Below are positions 10,008 to 19,862 of a stretch of DNA of 64,000 bases, one piece after another. A program made the position numbers and the translations under genes. Position 1 is the first letter of the stretch. Each line of letters starts with the position of its first letter. Source of the DNA: Candidatus Kaiserbacteria bacterium (GTDB taxonomy: Bacteria; Patescibacteriota; Minisyncoccia; Phycocordibacterales; UBA918). The DNA lies in assembly GCA_016699245.1 (NCBI GenBank), contig CP064968.1, forward strand, positions 219,386 through 283,385. The letters are read 5' to 3'. A model generated the notes under the pieces. It searched no databases. It worked only from the letters and a program-made list of their open reading frames with translations, and was not told the DNA's origin.

Positions 10008-11147
10008 TTAGTGTTCTATTGAAACTTTAGTGATGAGGTTGGTGATGTGGAGCGCTGCGTCCTTTTTAGCAAACGCGCGTGCTGCTCCTGCCATCGTGTC
10101 GTAAATTTCACCATTTTGCATAATACGTTCTATTTCTGCGCGAAGCAAGTTGTCCGAAAGGTTTTTTTCTTCCATGACGAGAGCTGCCCCAAAACGAGCG
10201 TATGCATACGCATTAGAGCGTTGGTCGTGACTGATATCTTCAGGAATAGGAATAATGATAGAGGGCTTACCATGGAGTGCAATTTCATATATGGAAGTAC
10301 TACCCGCACGTGAAATGACAAGAGAAGCAAGATGATATGCGTCATTTAACATGACCGAGTTTAAAAATGCGATGGGGTGATAGTGCTTGCGAGACTCTTG
10401 ATCAGGGATAAGAGCGTCTGCTGTCGCCGTGCACATATTGAAATGAAGCTCGCCTGTCTGGTGGATAACAGTGCAGTCGGGGAGAAGTTCGTCAAGTGAG
10501 TCGAGTACCATAGCATTAATGCGCTCTGCTCCTTGCGAACCTCCGATAATGAGGATGACGGGACGTTCTGCATCAATACCAAGAGTTGAAAATGCATTTT
10601 GTGTGGGAGGAGTGAGAAAAACTTGACGAATAGGAATACCAAGTAGGTGTTGTTCTGCTTTTGTTGGAGGAAGTGGTACATTGTCGTATGAAGTTATCAC
10701 ATGGCGTGCAAAACGGAGTCCAAGACGATTCGCCTTCCCCACTACTGCATCTGATTCATGGACAATAAGAGGAATACGAAGTATGGCAGCGGCGATAACT
10801 ATGGGCACACTGGTGTAACCTCCCTTACTTACCACAACATCGGGGTACAGGATGAAAAGCTTAATAAGCGCAGTGAATGAGCCGAAAAAAGTCTTGAAAA
10901 CATCAAAATAATTGAGAATTGATGCATAGCGTCGTCGCTTCCCTGCATTCACCTTGATGAACTCAATACCTTCATTGCGTAGTGTTTCGGAATCGTATTC
11001 GTTTGGACCAGCATAGTAGAGTTCAGGTCGGCTTCCGGCTAAATTAAATTGTTCTGCAATAGCAATAAGTGGGTAAAAATGACCACCAGTACCACCGCCG
11101 ACAAATAATACTTTGCGATGGGAATCAATGTTGGTGCCTTTGAACAT
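10008..11147 (-). CDS. murG: Undecaprenyldiphospho-muramoylpentapeptide beta-N-acetylglucosaminyltransferase
   Basis: VGGGTGGHFYP hallmark, GT28 length. Confidence 0.9.
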   Translation of the reverse strand: MFKGTNIDSHRKVLFVGGGTGGHFYPLIAIAEQFNLAGSRPELYYAGPNEYDSETLRNEGIEFIKVNAGKRRRYASILNYFDVFKTFFGSFTALIKLFILYPDVVVSKGGYTSVPIVIAAAILRIPLIVHESDAVVGKANRLGLRFARHVITSYDNVPLPPTKAEQHLLGIPIRQVFLTPPTQNAFSTLGIDAERPVILIIGGSQGAERINAMVLDSLDELLPDCTVIHQTGELHFNMCTATADALIPDQESRKHYHPIAFLNSVMLNDAYHLASLVISRAGSTSIYEIALHGKPSIIIPIPEDISHDQRSNAYAYARFGAALVMEEKNLSDNLLRAEIERIMQNGEIYDTMAGAARAFAKKDAALHITNLITKVSIEH

Positions 11148-11173
11148 AGTAATATACTGAAGATTATATCATG

Positions 11174-12277
11174 CTACCCTTGCGATGGACGGCGATATTT
11201 AGACACACTGAGTACAATCCCTACAGCACCAAGAGTCACGAGCAGTGCCGTACCACCGTGGCTAATAAACGGTAAAGGTAGTCCCGAAAGTGGTGCGAGG
11301 GCCACCATAGCAGCAATATTGAGAAAAACCTGTGCGAGAATGATAGTAATAATACCAACGACAAGAAGCATCCCAAAAAGATCTGATGCGTGAGTGGCAA
11401 TCCGATATCCACGTAGTGCAAAGCCTGAAAAAAGTATCACAAGTATCATTGAGCCAATGAAGCCAAACTCTTCAGCGTAGACCGCAAAGATAGAGTCACC
11501 AATAGGCTCAGGAAGATACTCAAATTTCTGAATACTCTGTCCAAACCCACGTCCCATAAGTCCGCCTGAGCCCACCGCAATAAGGGACTGCTTGATTTGA
11601 TATCCAGAACCCTGTGGGTCGAGCGAAGGATTTAAAAATATTTCGATACGATCCTTGATGTACGGACGTGTGAGAACGAGGACTGCAATGAGAAGTACTC
11701 CTCCCATAATCATGAAAAAAACATCTCGGTATCGACCTCCAGCAGTGATAAACATTGCAAGTGCTGCCGCTATCATCATGAGGAAGGTATCGGTATCGGG
11801 CTGCATGAGGAGTGGAATACCCGCTATTGCAATGAGGCCAAGAAATGGCATGGTGCCCCTGGTAAAACTCTTCATCTGCGACTTCATTCCGGAGAGCCAG
11901 GTGGCGATATATATCACGAAACCAATCTTCAAAAGCTCTCCAGGCTGCATGCTGAATCCGCCTATCTCGAGCCAGCGAGTAGCACCGCCGTGTGATGAGC
12001 CAAGACCAGGTACAAAAACAAGCGCTGTAAGAAAAAGAGTTACAAGAAAAATATAAAATGCATATTGACGCCACCAGCGGTAATGAACGATACTCGCAAG
12101 AAAAAGTGCAGCACTTCCTCCAATAATACCAAACACAATTTGCCCGAGTGCGACAGAAGAAAAACTTGCACCATCGCGGGCAAGAAGACCAAGTGACGCA
12201 GAAGAGAAAATAGAGAATCCAATCACCACGAGTACGTAGGTAAGCACGAGGAGTGTTCTGTCGAGTGTATGGTGCAT
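11174..12277 (-). CDS. ftsW: SEDS family peptidoglycan polymerase/lipid II flippase (FtsW/RodA)
   Basis: 10-TM profile, conserved loop motifs; start trimmed to abut the mraY stop. Confidence 0.8.
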   Translation of the reverse strand: MHHTLDRTLLVLTYVLVVIGFSIFSSASLGLLARDGASFSSVALGQIVFGIIGGSAALFLASIVHYRWWRQYAFYIFLVTLFLTALVFVPGLGSSHGGATRWLEIGGFSMQPGELLKIGFVIYIATWLSGMKSQMKSFTRGTMPFLGLIAIAGIPLLMQPDTDTFLMMIAAALAMFITAGGRYRDVFFMIMGGVLLIAVLVLTRPYIKDRIEIFLNPSLDPQGSGYQIKQSLIAVGSGGLMGRGFGQSIQKFEYLPEPIGDSIFAVYAEEFGFIGSMILVILFSGFALRGYRIATHASDLFGMLLVVGIITIILAQVFLNIAAMVALAPLSGLPLPFISHGGTALLVTLGAVGIVLSVSKYRRPSQG

Positions 12278-12278
12278 G

Positions 12279-13352
12279 TCAAAATGCAATAGCAAGCAAA
12301 GTGCCAATAATCGCGAACACAAAACCAAGTATCCAATAGCGCATCGTCACCTTCTCTGCAGGCCAGCCCGTTGCCTCAAAGTGGTGATGGAGAGGTGCAA
12401 TAAGAAAGAGTTTTTTCTTACGAATTTTTTTTGAAAGTAATTGAAGTACATCCGAGAGCACGGTGAGTACAAGGAGAATCCCGATGATGGGAAGTATAGA
12501 TACACCTTCCCCACCTCCAATGGAGTCAGTCATAAATGCAACAATGGTGAGTGACATCGTGAGTGCCATGATGCCTGTTTCAGTCATGTAAAAACGTGCA
12601 GGAGGCACATTAAACCAAAGAAATGCGAGAATTCCTCCCACAATGGTCGCACAATACGCGGCTATGTCTATTTGGTTTTGATAGACCGCAATACCTGCAT
12701 ATGCGGTAAAAATAAACATGAACGTCCCGCCCGAAAGTCCATCAATACCATCGATGACGCTTGATGCATAAATAGCAATAGCAACAATTACAAAGAAAGG
12801 AATGAAGAACATACCGAGGTCGAGAGGTCCGTAGCCAATGAGTTGTATCGAGTGTACATCAAGTCTTTCATAGAACCACCAGCCGGCAAAAAGTGCCGTA
12901 AGGCTCACAACCATGAGTCTTTGTGAAAGGGGTAAACCGCCAGCAAAGTGTGTACCCGTGCCACGTACAACAAGAAAGTCGTCAAGAAACCCAACTGCTG
13001 CACCTACAAGGAGTGCAGAAAGCGGTAACCATGTTTGAGATCGACTGAGGAAATCGAGTGAGCCAAAAATTGAATCCGGGCAAATAAACTGCAAAATCCA
13101 AATAGAGAAAATAGTAAGGAGAACACTCGCCCAAATGACAATGCCGCCCATGCGTGGAGTGTTGGTATCACGCTTTTGGTGGAGCGCATCAAAAAGTGGT
13201 GTTTCTCCGCCACCATAGCCAGCACCTTTTCCTGGTTTTTTCTTCCACATTTCAAATTTGTACAAAAAGTGCGTGATGAGTGGCGTAATGAGAATACCAA
13301 AAATGAAAGCAATTGCTGTAGGTGCGAGGACTTTGATGATTGTAGTTTCCAT
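12279..13352 (-). CDS. mraY: Phospho-N-acetylmuramoyl-pentapeptide transferase
   Basis: VIDGIDGLSGG motif, polytopic. Confidence 0.9.
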   Translation of the reverse strand: METTIIKVLAPTAIAFIFGILITPLITHFLYKFEMWKKKPGKGAGYGGGETPLFDALHQKRDTNTPRMGGIVIWASVLLTIFSIWILQFICPDSIFGSLDFLSRSQTWLPLSALLVGAAVGFLDDFLVVRGTGTHFAGGLPLSQRLMVVSLTALFAGWWFYERLDVHSIQLIGYGPLDLGMFFIPFFVIVAIAIYASSVIDGIDGLSGGTFMFIFTAYAGIAVYQNQIDIAAYCATIVGGILAFLWFNVPPARFYMTETGIMALTMSLTIVAFMTDSIGGGEGVSILPIIGILLVLTVLSDVLQLLSKKIRKKKLFLIAPLHHHFEATGWPAEKVTMRYWILGFVFAIIGTLLAIAF

Positions 13353-13360
13353 ATAAGAAT

Positions 13361-14419
13361 TTATTCTGCTTGATTAGAAACATGAACCCGAGCTCGTTCA
13401 ATGAGATCAAGAGTATCTTTGAATCTTCCCTCCTGTGAAGAGCCAAGTACAACAACAACTACAGGGTGATTCAGTCCCACATTCACTGCAACGACCAAAT
13501 TACCGCCTGAAAGGCTGGTGTAACCAGTTTTGGAAGCGATGAGACCGTCAATGTCACCGGTGTAGGTGTTGGTATTCTTAGTGGTGTGACTTTCGCCATT
13601 TACGTTACGCACTGTGGTGAGATCAAGCGTCGTGAGCGCGACTGCATCAGTAATGTGAGTTACCACATATTCCATGAGCATTGCAATGTCACGAGCGCTT
13701 CCGTATGCACCCGCTTCTGTCGCACTCACATCAAGTCCAGAGGTGTTCTCAAAACGAGTTTTGGACATGCCGAGTTCTTTAGCCTTTACATTCATTGCAT
13801 GAACGAAGATTGCATTTGGGTCTTCATGTGCATCTATTGTTTGTCCCGCACGTGCACCAAGTGCTGCCGCACCATCATTTGAAGAAGAAATGAGAGTGAG
13901 ATCAACGAGATTTTCAACAGTAAAGCTCTCACCTTCTTTTAGACCACTGTCTCCCTCTACTCGGATTGCATTTTTCGTGATTGAGACACGGTCTGAGGGG
14001 TCAAGAAGTTCGTACGTAACGAGTGCAGTCATGAGCTTGGTGATCGATGCAAGTGGGCGGACATCATCGCCATTTTTGTTGAAAAGAATGCGTTGTGCCG
14101 ATACGTCCCACACAAAGGCACTGCGCGCTTCAAGTGAAGTATCAGCAAATGCATTAACCTTTCGAGCCATTGCCTTTTCTTGCACAGAGGGTATGGTGCT
14201 TACCTTGACATCAATCGTCTTCTCTTTAGTAAGTGCGCTTGACGCTCCTAAGTAGGTGACACCAAACACAAACACAAGTAAACCAAGCGCTACTCCAAGT
14301 TGAGGTACAACAGGAATCGGTGATACTTCCTTTTCATCATTTTGCACTTCTAAGTCATGCAAAAAAACTTCAGGGTCTTCGAGTATCGACGTGGTGTGAT
14401 TTTTCTCGAAATTAGACAT
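13361..14419 (-). CDS. Serine-type D-Ala-D-Ala carboxypeptidase (PBP5/6-like, S11)
   Basis: SITK (SxxK), SGLD (SxN-like), KTGYT (KTG) motifs; N-terminal TM. Confidence 0.75.
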   Translation of the reverse strand: MSNFEKNHTTSILEDPEVFLHDLEVQNDEKEVSPIPVVPQLGVALGLLVFVFGVTYLGASSALTKEKTIDVKVSTIPSVQEKAMARKVNAFADTSLEARSAFVWDVSAQRILFNKNGDDVRPLASITKLMTALVTYELLDPSDRVSITKNAIRVEGDSGLKEGESFTVENLVDLTLISSSNDGAAALGARAGQTIDAHEDPNAIFVHAMNVKAKELGMSKTRFENTSGLDVSATEAGAYGSARDIAMLMEYVVTHITDAVALTTLDLTTVRNVNGESHTTKNTNTYTGDIDGLIASKTGYTSLSGGNLVVAVNVGLNHPVVVVVLGSSQEGRFKDTLDLIERARVHVSNQAE

Positions 14420-14421
14420 GA

Positions 14422-14985
14422 TTACTCTGTAATTGGATTAGAAGTTTGCTCTTCTGCAATAGATTGTTCTTCAAAGACATCAATAGCGTTCATCACTTCA
14501 GCAAAATCTTGCATTTCTTCCCGAGCGGTGATACCGAGATGTTGTAAGAGAGACGGTGTTACTGCATAGATAAAAGAACGAGAGTCAGTAGGATGTGCAC
14601 GTCGCTCCACAAGACCACGAATGAGTAAGTTACGTAGGATGAATGCCGAGTTCACCCCACGTACACGATCAATCTCCACACGTGAAAGAGGACCACGATA
14701 TAGCACAATAGCAAGCGTCTCTGCACCAGCTTTGCCGATGTCAGTGCTTAGTTCGTCCTTGCGGAGTTGTTCGATGAGCTCACTCGCTTCCGGTGCAGTG
14801 ATGAGTTGCACACTGGTGTCAGTAGTAAGAAGACGTATGCCGCGATTCTGAAGTACGTTGGCGAGTGTAGCGAGCCCTCCCGTCACTTCCTCAATGGATA
14901 CGCTCAAAAAAACAGCAAGTGCCTTCAAAGACATAGGCTCAGTTTTGTAAAACAAAATCGCCTCAATGCGTGCATTAAGTTCCAT
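14422..14985 (-). CDS. scpB: Segregation and condensation protein B
   Basis: IEAILFY... winged-helix ScpB N-terminus, size. Confidence 0.8.
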   Translation of the reverse strand: MELNARIEAILFYKTEPMSLKALAVFLSVSIEEVTGGLATLANVLQNRGIRLLTTDTSVQLITAPEASELIEQLRKDELSTDIGKAGAETLAIVLYRGPLSRVEIDRVRGVNSAFILRNLLIRGLVERRAHPTDSRSFIYAVTPSLLQHLGITAREEMQDFAEVMNAIDVFEEQSIAEEQTSNPITE

Positions 14986-15061
14986 TGCGAGTAGTATACC
15001 AATTTTTACACAGATTTTTAGCTCTTACGAAGTACATCTGGGCATAAAAATGGGTTGCAAT

Positions 15062-15814
15062 CTACTGATATCGTGGTGTAGTGCTTCGTTCTTGTTCTAT
15101 TTCTATTTCGAGAAAGTGTGCACTCTGCCGTACCATCACTTTTCCCTGCTTCACCATTTCAAGAACAGCAAGAAAACCAACAATAATAGTAGAGCGCTCT
15201 TTTGTATTTCCCGTAAAATCTCTAAACTTGCACGTGAATTGGCGCTCGATACGATGAGTGAGTTTGTCTATCATTGATTCAAGAGAGACTACCGTGCGTA
15301 CCTGTACTTTTGGCTTTTCGACTTTCTTTGGAAGATTACGAAGAACGTCACCCATGGCGGTATGAAGGGTGGTCACTGATGCGTACTTGTCGGGAAGAAA
15401 TAGTGGATTTTTATCGGGGACAAATGGACGCTCATACAGGACTCTTTTCCCAAAGGTAGATTCGATTAATTTTCCTGCAGTTCTAAATATTTGATAGTAC
15501 CGTAGACGCTTTTCAAGTGACTCGATTGTTTCCTCTTCTGTTTCCGTGAGTTCAAGCACAGGAAGAAGAGATTTTGATTTGAGAAGGAGGAGCGTTGCAG
15601 CAAGTACAATGAAGTCTGCCATTTCTCGAAGTGGATTTTTTTCAAACTGCGCTACGTATGCCATGTAGTCGTCAGTGACAGCAGCAAGTGAAATATCGTT
15701 CACGAGAAACTTTCGTTTTTCAATGAGATCAATAAGTAAATCCAAAGGCCCCGAATACGCATCGGTCTGGATACTGAAACGACTTGTCGTTTGTGGTGTT
15801 TGTTCTACGTTCAT
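15062..15814 (-). CDS. scpA: Segregation and condensation protein A (kleisin)
   Basis: YSGPLDLLIDLIEKRK motif. Confidence 0.8.
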   Translation of the reverse strand: MNVEQTPQTTSRFSIQTDAYSGPLDLLIDLIEKRKFLVNDISLAAVTDDYMAYVAQFEKNPLREMADFIVLAATLLLLKSKSLLPVLELTETEEETIESLEKRLRYYQIFRTAGKLIESTFGKRVLYERPFVPDKNPLFLPDKYASVTTLHTAMGDVLRNLPKKVEKPKVQVRTVVSLESMIDKLTHRIERQFTCKFRDFTGNTKERSTIIVGFLAVLEMVKQGKVMVRQSAHFLEIEIEQERSTTPRYQ

Positions 15815-15893
15815 TATGATATTTTAGCACTAAAAACAATCAAAATATAAAGTCAGACAATCAATTGTATGTATAAGGGTGTCTTCCAGAATG

Positions 15894-16799
15894 TTAATGA
15901 ACAACGTTACATGACATATCCTTTTTAGCCCCGTCTATGGTTATGGGGACACGTTCACCCTTAAATATTCCATCTGCTGTAAAAGTAACTCCCCAAGTAA
16001 AACGCGAGTGCTCAGCAGGACAAATTCCAAAAGATGGATCAATTCCTGAAACTCTAAATTGGCTCGCACCACCTTTTGGAAAGATCACCTCATCAACTAA
16101 AGGTTTTGCATTCTTATAAAAAACAAACGAATCACCGTCCCAAATATCAACTTGGTATTCTTTTCCGAGTGCACTAATATCCCAAATAGGAATTCTCACA
16201 CTATTAAACTTCGGGCTTCCATCAAAGGCTCGCCAGATGTAGCCAACAGTAATATTTGATCCGAGTTGCCTCTCGCTTATAACTAATTCATTAATAGAAT
16301 TCTGAACTGTTTCATCAAAAATTATAGTGGATGTAGATATTGCCTCTGTTTCATTTTGTTCTTTCGAAATTGTAGATTCCTTTTTTTGAACAACGGGTTT
16401 ATCCATCGGTAACTCTGTTACAACTTTTTTCGATATAGAATTTTGAACTGTTTCATCAGTAACTATTGTTGATGTAGATACTGCCTCTGTTCTATTTTGT
16501 TCTTTTGTAATTGTAGATTCTCTCGTTTGAACAATGGGTTCATCCATTGGTAACTTTTCTACAACTTTTTCTGATGTTGTCTCATTAGAGTCATCTTGTC
16601 CTGAAAAATTTTGCTGTGTATTCGGTGTTACCGTGATTTCTGTTTGTGTATCCTTAGTGAAGATAAAATATATTAAAATCACTCCAAAAATTATTGCAGT
16701 AAGAAGGATTATCTGAACTAGATTTTTCATTTGATCCAATTTTACCACGAGCACGGCAATCAGAGTGCGCATCTTTCCCCATCGTATTGCATAGGTCAT
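15894..16799 (-). CDS. Hypothetical membrane-anchored/secreted protein with ~48-aa internal tandem repeat
   Basis: N-terminal TM; two ~144-bp DNA repeats (about 16287-16575) encode a repeated T/S/E-rich module. Confidence 0.45.
   Translation of the reverse strand: MTYAIRWGKMRTLIAVLVVKLDQMKNLVQIILLTAIIFGVILIYFIFTKDTQTEITVTPNTQQNFSGQDDSNETTSEKVVEKLPMDEPIVQTRESTITKEQNRTEAVSTSTIVTDETVQNSISKKVVTELPMDKPVVQKKESTISKEQNETEAISTSTIIFDETVQNSINELVISERQLGSNITVGYIWRAFDGSPKFNSVRIPIWDISALGKEYQVDIWDGDSFVFYKNAKPLVDEVIFPKGGASQFRVSGIDPSFGICPAEHSRFTWGVTFTADGIFKGERVPITIDGAKKDMSCNVVH
16287..16575. repeat. Intragenic tandem repeat, 2 x ~144 bp, ~80% identical
   Basis: Read directly in DNA and in the repeated peptide VVEKLPMDEPIVQ.../VVTELPMDKPVVQ... 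Confidence 0.55.
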
Positions 16800-16874
16800 C
16801 CCTATGAGAACACATACTTATGAAATGTTTTATACACAGGGTTACCCTGTGTTGACACAGATATGTAAGTTTGT

Positions 16875-18257
16875 CTAGAATTTTTCAGCGATTTTTACAA
16901 GCAATCTCATTGGCTCCCCCGTGGCGCCTTTGGCGAGTTTGTCGCTGGCTACGGACGTCATACGTGGTGCCATATCTATGTGAACCCATTTCATTTTCTT
17001 GGTGAAGTGCGAAAGGAATGCACCTGCAGTAATGGTGCCTCCGTAGCGTGTATCGCCAGAATGAATATTGGAAATATCACCGTGTACTCCCTTTGTGTAC
17101 TGTGTGTATTCGTCCCAGAGTGGTAGTGGGAAGGTGTAGTCGCCACTCTCTTCGCCGAGGTCACGAAAGGCGTCTTCAAGCTTTCTGCTCTTTGTCATAA
17201 TCACATGTGCATGTTGTCCTACTGCCACGAGTGATGCTCCAGTGAGTGTCGCAATATCGACCACCAACTTCGGCTCATACTTTCGTGCGTAGTGGAGTGC
17301 GTCCGCAAGAATGAGTCGCCCCTCTGCATCGGTATGGAGAACATCAACGGTCTTTCCCGACATCATAGTGAGTACATCACCAGGACGAATGGCATCATCG
17401 CCGACGTTGTTTTCAACTGCAGGAATAAGCCCAATACAATTTTTCTTTAGCCCCAGTTTTGCAATCGCCGCAAGAGCAGCAATAACTGCTGCGCCACCCG
17501 ACATATCCATATGCATTTCGTACATGGCCATACCTGGCTTAATTTGGAGTCCTCCAGTATCGAAGGTAACTCCCTTCCCGACTAATACAATTGGTTTCTC
17601 AGTCTTCTTTCCGCCAAAGTATTCAATAATAATAAATCGCGGCTTATGCTTCGATCCTTTCCCTACCCCAATAACGCCACCCATACCGAGTTTTGTAATT
17701 TGCTTTTCGTCGAGAACAGTTACCTTTGCTTTGGTACCCATGAGAATTTCTTTTGCCTTCGATGCAAGTATTGTGGGGGTCATATCGCTTCCGGGGGTGT
17801 TTGCTATGTCTCGGCACATATTGGTATAGGTGGCGAGGGTGATACCGTGCGCGACGAAGTCGCGCACGGTCTTCACGTCGTCTACAAGCAAAGCCACTTC
17901 TTTGAGAGCGTATTTTGGCTGTTTGCTCTTGTATGTGGTGTATTCGTAATTAGCAAGGATAAGATTTTCTGCAATGGTACTCCAGAACCACGCTTCATCA
18001 TACTGAGCGCATTTTGGAAAAGTGGTGTACGAAAACGTCAATGCAATTTTTTCTATCTTATGACGTTTTGCCGTTTGTATTACATTACGCACAAGTGTGC
18101 GGAGGGTACGGGGTGTTACTTTTGCTAACTTCCCAATATTGATTTCGAGTATTTCACTTTTTCCCTCACGAATGATTCGCTCGATGCCCTTTTCTGTAAA
18201 TACCACCTGAGTGTGACCTCTCGTTGACTTTCCCGTTTTTTCAACGTTAATCTGCAT
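16875..18257 (-). CDS. pepA: Leucyl aminopeptidase (M17)
   Basis: NTDAEGRLILADAL motif, length. Confidence 0.85.
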   Translation of the reverse strand: MQINVEKTGKSTRGHTQVVFTEKGIERIIREGKSEILEINIGKLAKVTPRTLRTLVRNVIQTAKRHKIEKIALTFSYTTFPKCAQYDEAWFWSTIAENLILANYEYTTYKSKQPKYALKEVALLVDDVKTVRDFVAHGITLATYTNMCRDIANTPGSDMTPTILASKAKEILMGTKAKVTVLDEKQITKLGMGGVIGVGKGSKHKPRFIIIEYFGGKKTEKPIVLVGKGVTFDTGGLQIKPGMAMYEMHMDMSGGAAVIAALAAIAKLGLKKNCIGLIPAVENNVGDDAIRPGDVLTMMSGKTVDVLHTDAEGRLILADALHYARKYEPKLVVDIATLTGASLVAVGQHAHVIMTKSRKLEDAFRDLGEESGDYTFPLPLWDEYTQYTKGVHGDISNIHSGDTRYGGTITAGAFLSHFTKKMKWVHIDMAPRMTSVASDKLAKGATGEPMRLLVKIAEKF

Positions 18258-19593
18258 TGTCTTGTGGCTTAGAGAGGAGTGTGTCGATGCGGTTGATATC
18301 GCGCGGGAAAAGTGTTGCTTCTTTTACGTTTGAGAGCCCACAAAACTTTGCAGTGAGACGCTCGAGCCCAAGTCCAATACCTCCATGTGGTGGAATGCCA
18401 TACTTAAAGGCCTGAAGATAAAATTCAAATTTTTCCGGATCAAGCCCTTTTTCCTTGATGCGTTCAATGAGGGTGTTGTAGTCATGCACACGCTGTCCAC
18501 CTGAGCACATTTCAAGCCCACGGAAGAGCATGTCGAAACTACGGGTGAACTCTGGATTCTCTGGCTCTACATGTGTATAGAATGGGCGTTTCTTTGTGGG
18601 AAAATGGGTAACAAACACAAAGTCTGAACCGAGGTGCTCGTGTGCATAGTCACAAAGGAAACGTTCGTCTTCAGGTTCGAGGTCTGGTTCTTTAGTTTTA
18701 TCCACACCCGTTTCTTTTTTGATAAGTTCTTGTGCTTCACGAAGGGTCATTACAGGAAAGGCTTCAGGTGCAAGTGGTACAGGCATACCGAGAAGTGCAA
18801 GTTCCGCAGAACACTTTGTTGCAACTGCTTCCGTGATTGCGCGTGATAATCCGGTCACCATTTTTATCACATCAGTATGGTCCTTGATGAATCCCATTTC
18901 GAAGTCGAGCATTGAGATTTCACTCAGATGACGTGTCGTTGCGCTTTTTTCTGCACGGAACATGGTACCTGAAGTAAAGACACGCTCAAAGACACCCACC
19001 ATCATTTGCTTATAAAGTTGAGGGCTGGTTGCAAGGTACGCGCGTTGATTGTTGAAGTAATCTACTTGGAATACTTCTGCGCCACCTTCTGCATCTCCAC
19101 CCACAAGTTTTGGTGCTTGAAATTCTACGAAGCCTTGGCTTATGAGGTATGCACGGTAGGCGTTGATGATGGTGTGTTGCACGGTAAATACCGCACGTTC
19201 GCGTGGGCGGCGAAGCGTGATGGGGCGATTATCGAGAAGGGTGTCGAGGTTGAGTTCTGAATCGAGGTCAAACGGAAGTGCTTGTGCAACACCGAGGACT
19301 GTGACTCCCGAAATTTCGAGTTCAATGTCACCGTTTTGCACTTTTGCATTTACCATCTTTTCTTGGCGCGCATGTACAAGGCCAGTTAATTCAAGTGTGT
19401 AGCCCGGCTTTACCTCCTGTACCGACGCGAGCAACTCTGGTTTACCAAAGATGATTCCCTGAATAATACCCGTGCGGTCACGAAAATCAAAAAATGCTAC
19501 CTTTCCTTGGTTACGAATAACACTCACCGAGGCTTGGATAGTTACATTTTGCTCAAGGTAATCCTTAAGGTCTTTAATTAAAATTCTTTCCAT
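18247..19593 (-). CDS. aspS: Aspartyl-tRNA synthetase, archaeal/eukaryotic short type (possibly non-discriminating)
   Basis: Class IIb core FRAE...RH, SPQLYKQ (AspRS-type QSPQ motif), GLGLERL..FPRD C-terminus; ~448 aa without the bacterial GAD insertion. Confidence 0.75.
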   Translation of the reverse strand: MERILIKDLKDYLEQNVTIQASVSVIRNQGKVAFFDFRDRTGIIQGIIFGKPELLASVQEVKPGYTLELTGLVHARQEKMVNAKVQNGDIELEISGVTVLGVAQALPFDLDSELNLDTLLDNRPITLRRPRERAVFTVQHTIINAYRAYLISQGFVEFQAPKLVGGDAEGGAEVFQVDYFNNQRAYLATSPQLYKQMMVGVFERVFTSGTMFRAEKSATTRHLSEISMLDFEMGFIKDHTDVIKMVTGLSRAITEAVATKCSAELALLGMPVPLAPEAFPVMTLREAQELIKKETGVDKTKEPDLEPEDERFLCDYAHEHLGSDFVFVTHFPTKKRPFYTHVEPENPEFTRSFDMLFRGLEMCSGGQRVHDYNTLIERIKEKGLDPEKFEFYLQAFKYGIPPHGGIGLGLERLTAKFCGLSNVKEATLFPRDINRIDTLLSKPQDNAD

Positions 19594-19599
19594 ATCGTT

Positions 19600-19860
19600 T
19601 ATGTGTCAGCAGAGGAAATTAAAATACCGCCCCCACAGATATATTAAGGAATAATGTATCGATAGGGGCGGTTTCTAAATGTTGGGTTTCGTAAACCCAA
19701 CATGAGAGATTCCGCGGTGCCACCCTACTTCCCTTTCTCTTGCAAACCATTCGGTTTTGCAAGAGAAAAAGCTCATTTATGCGCTATACGGGCGCACCCG
19801 GTACCTCGGCAAGTGTCAATTGCGTCAGTGGTAATGTCATTACTATATAAGCCAAGAACG
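19600..19860 (-). promoter_or_regulatory. T-box riboswitch leader preceding aspS
   Basis: Minus-strand sequence contains AAGTAGGGTGGCACCGCGG (T-box consensus AGGGUGGNACCGCG). It is preceded by a 10-bp Stem III-like hairpin (CTCTTGCAAA...TTTGCAAGAG) and followed by a terminator hairpin ACCGCCCC...GGGGCGGTATTTT just before the aspS ATG. Confidence 0.65.
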
Positions 19861-19862
19861 TA

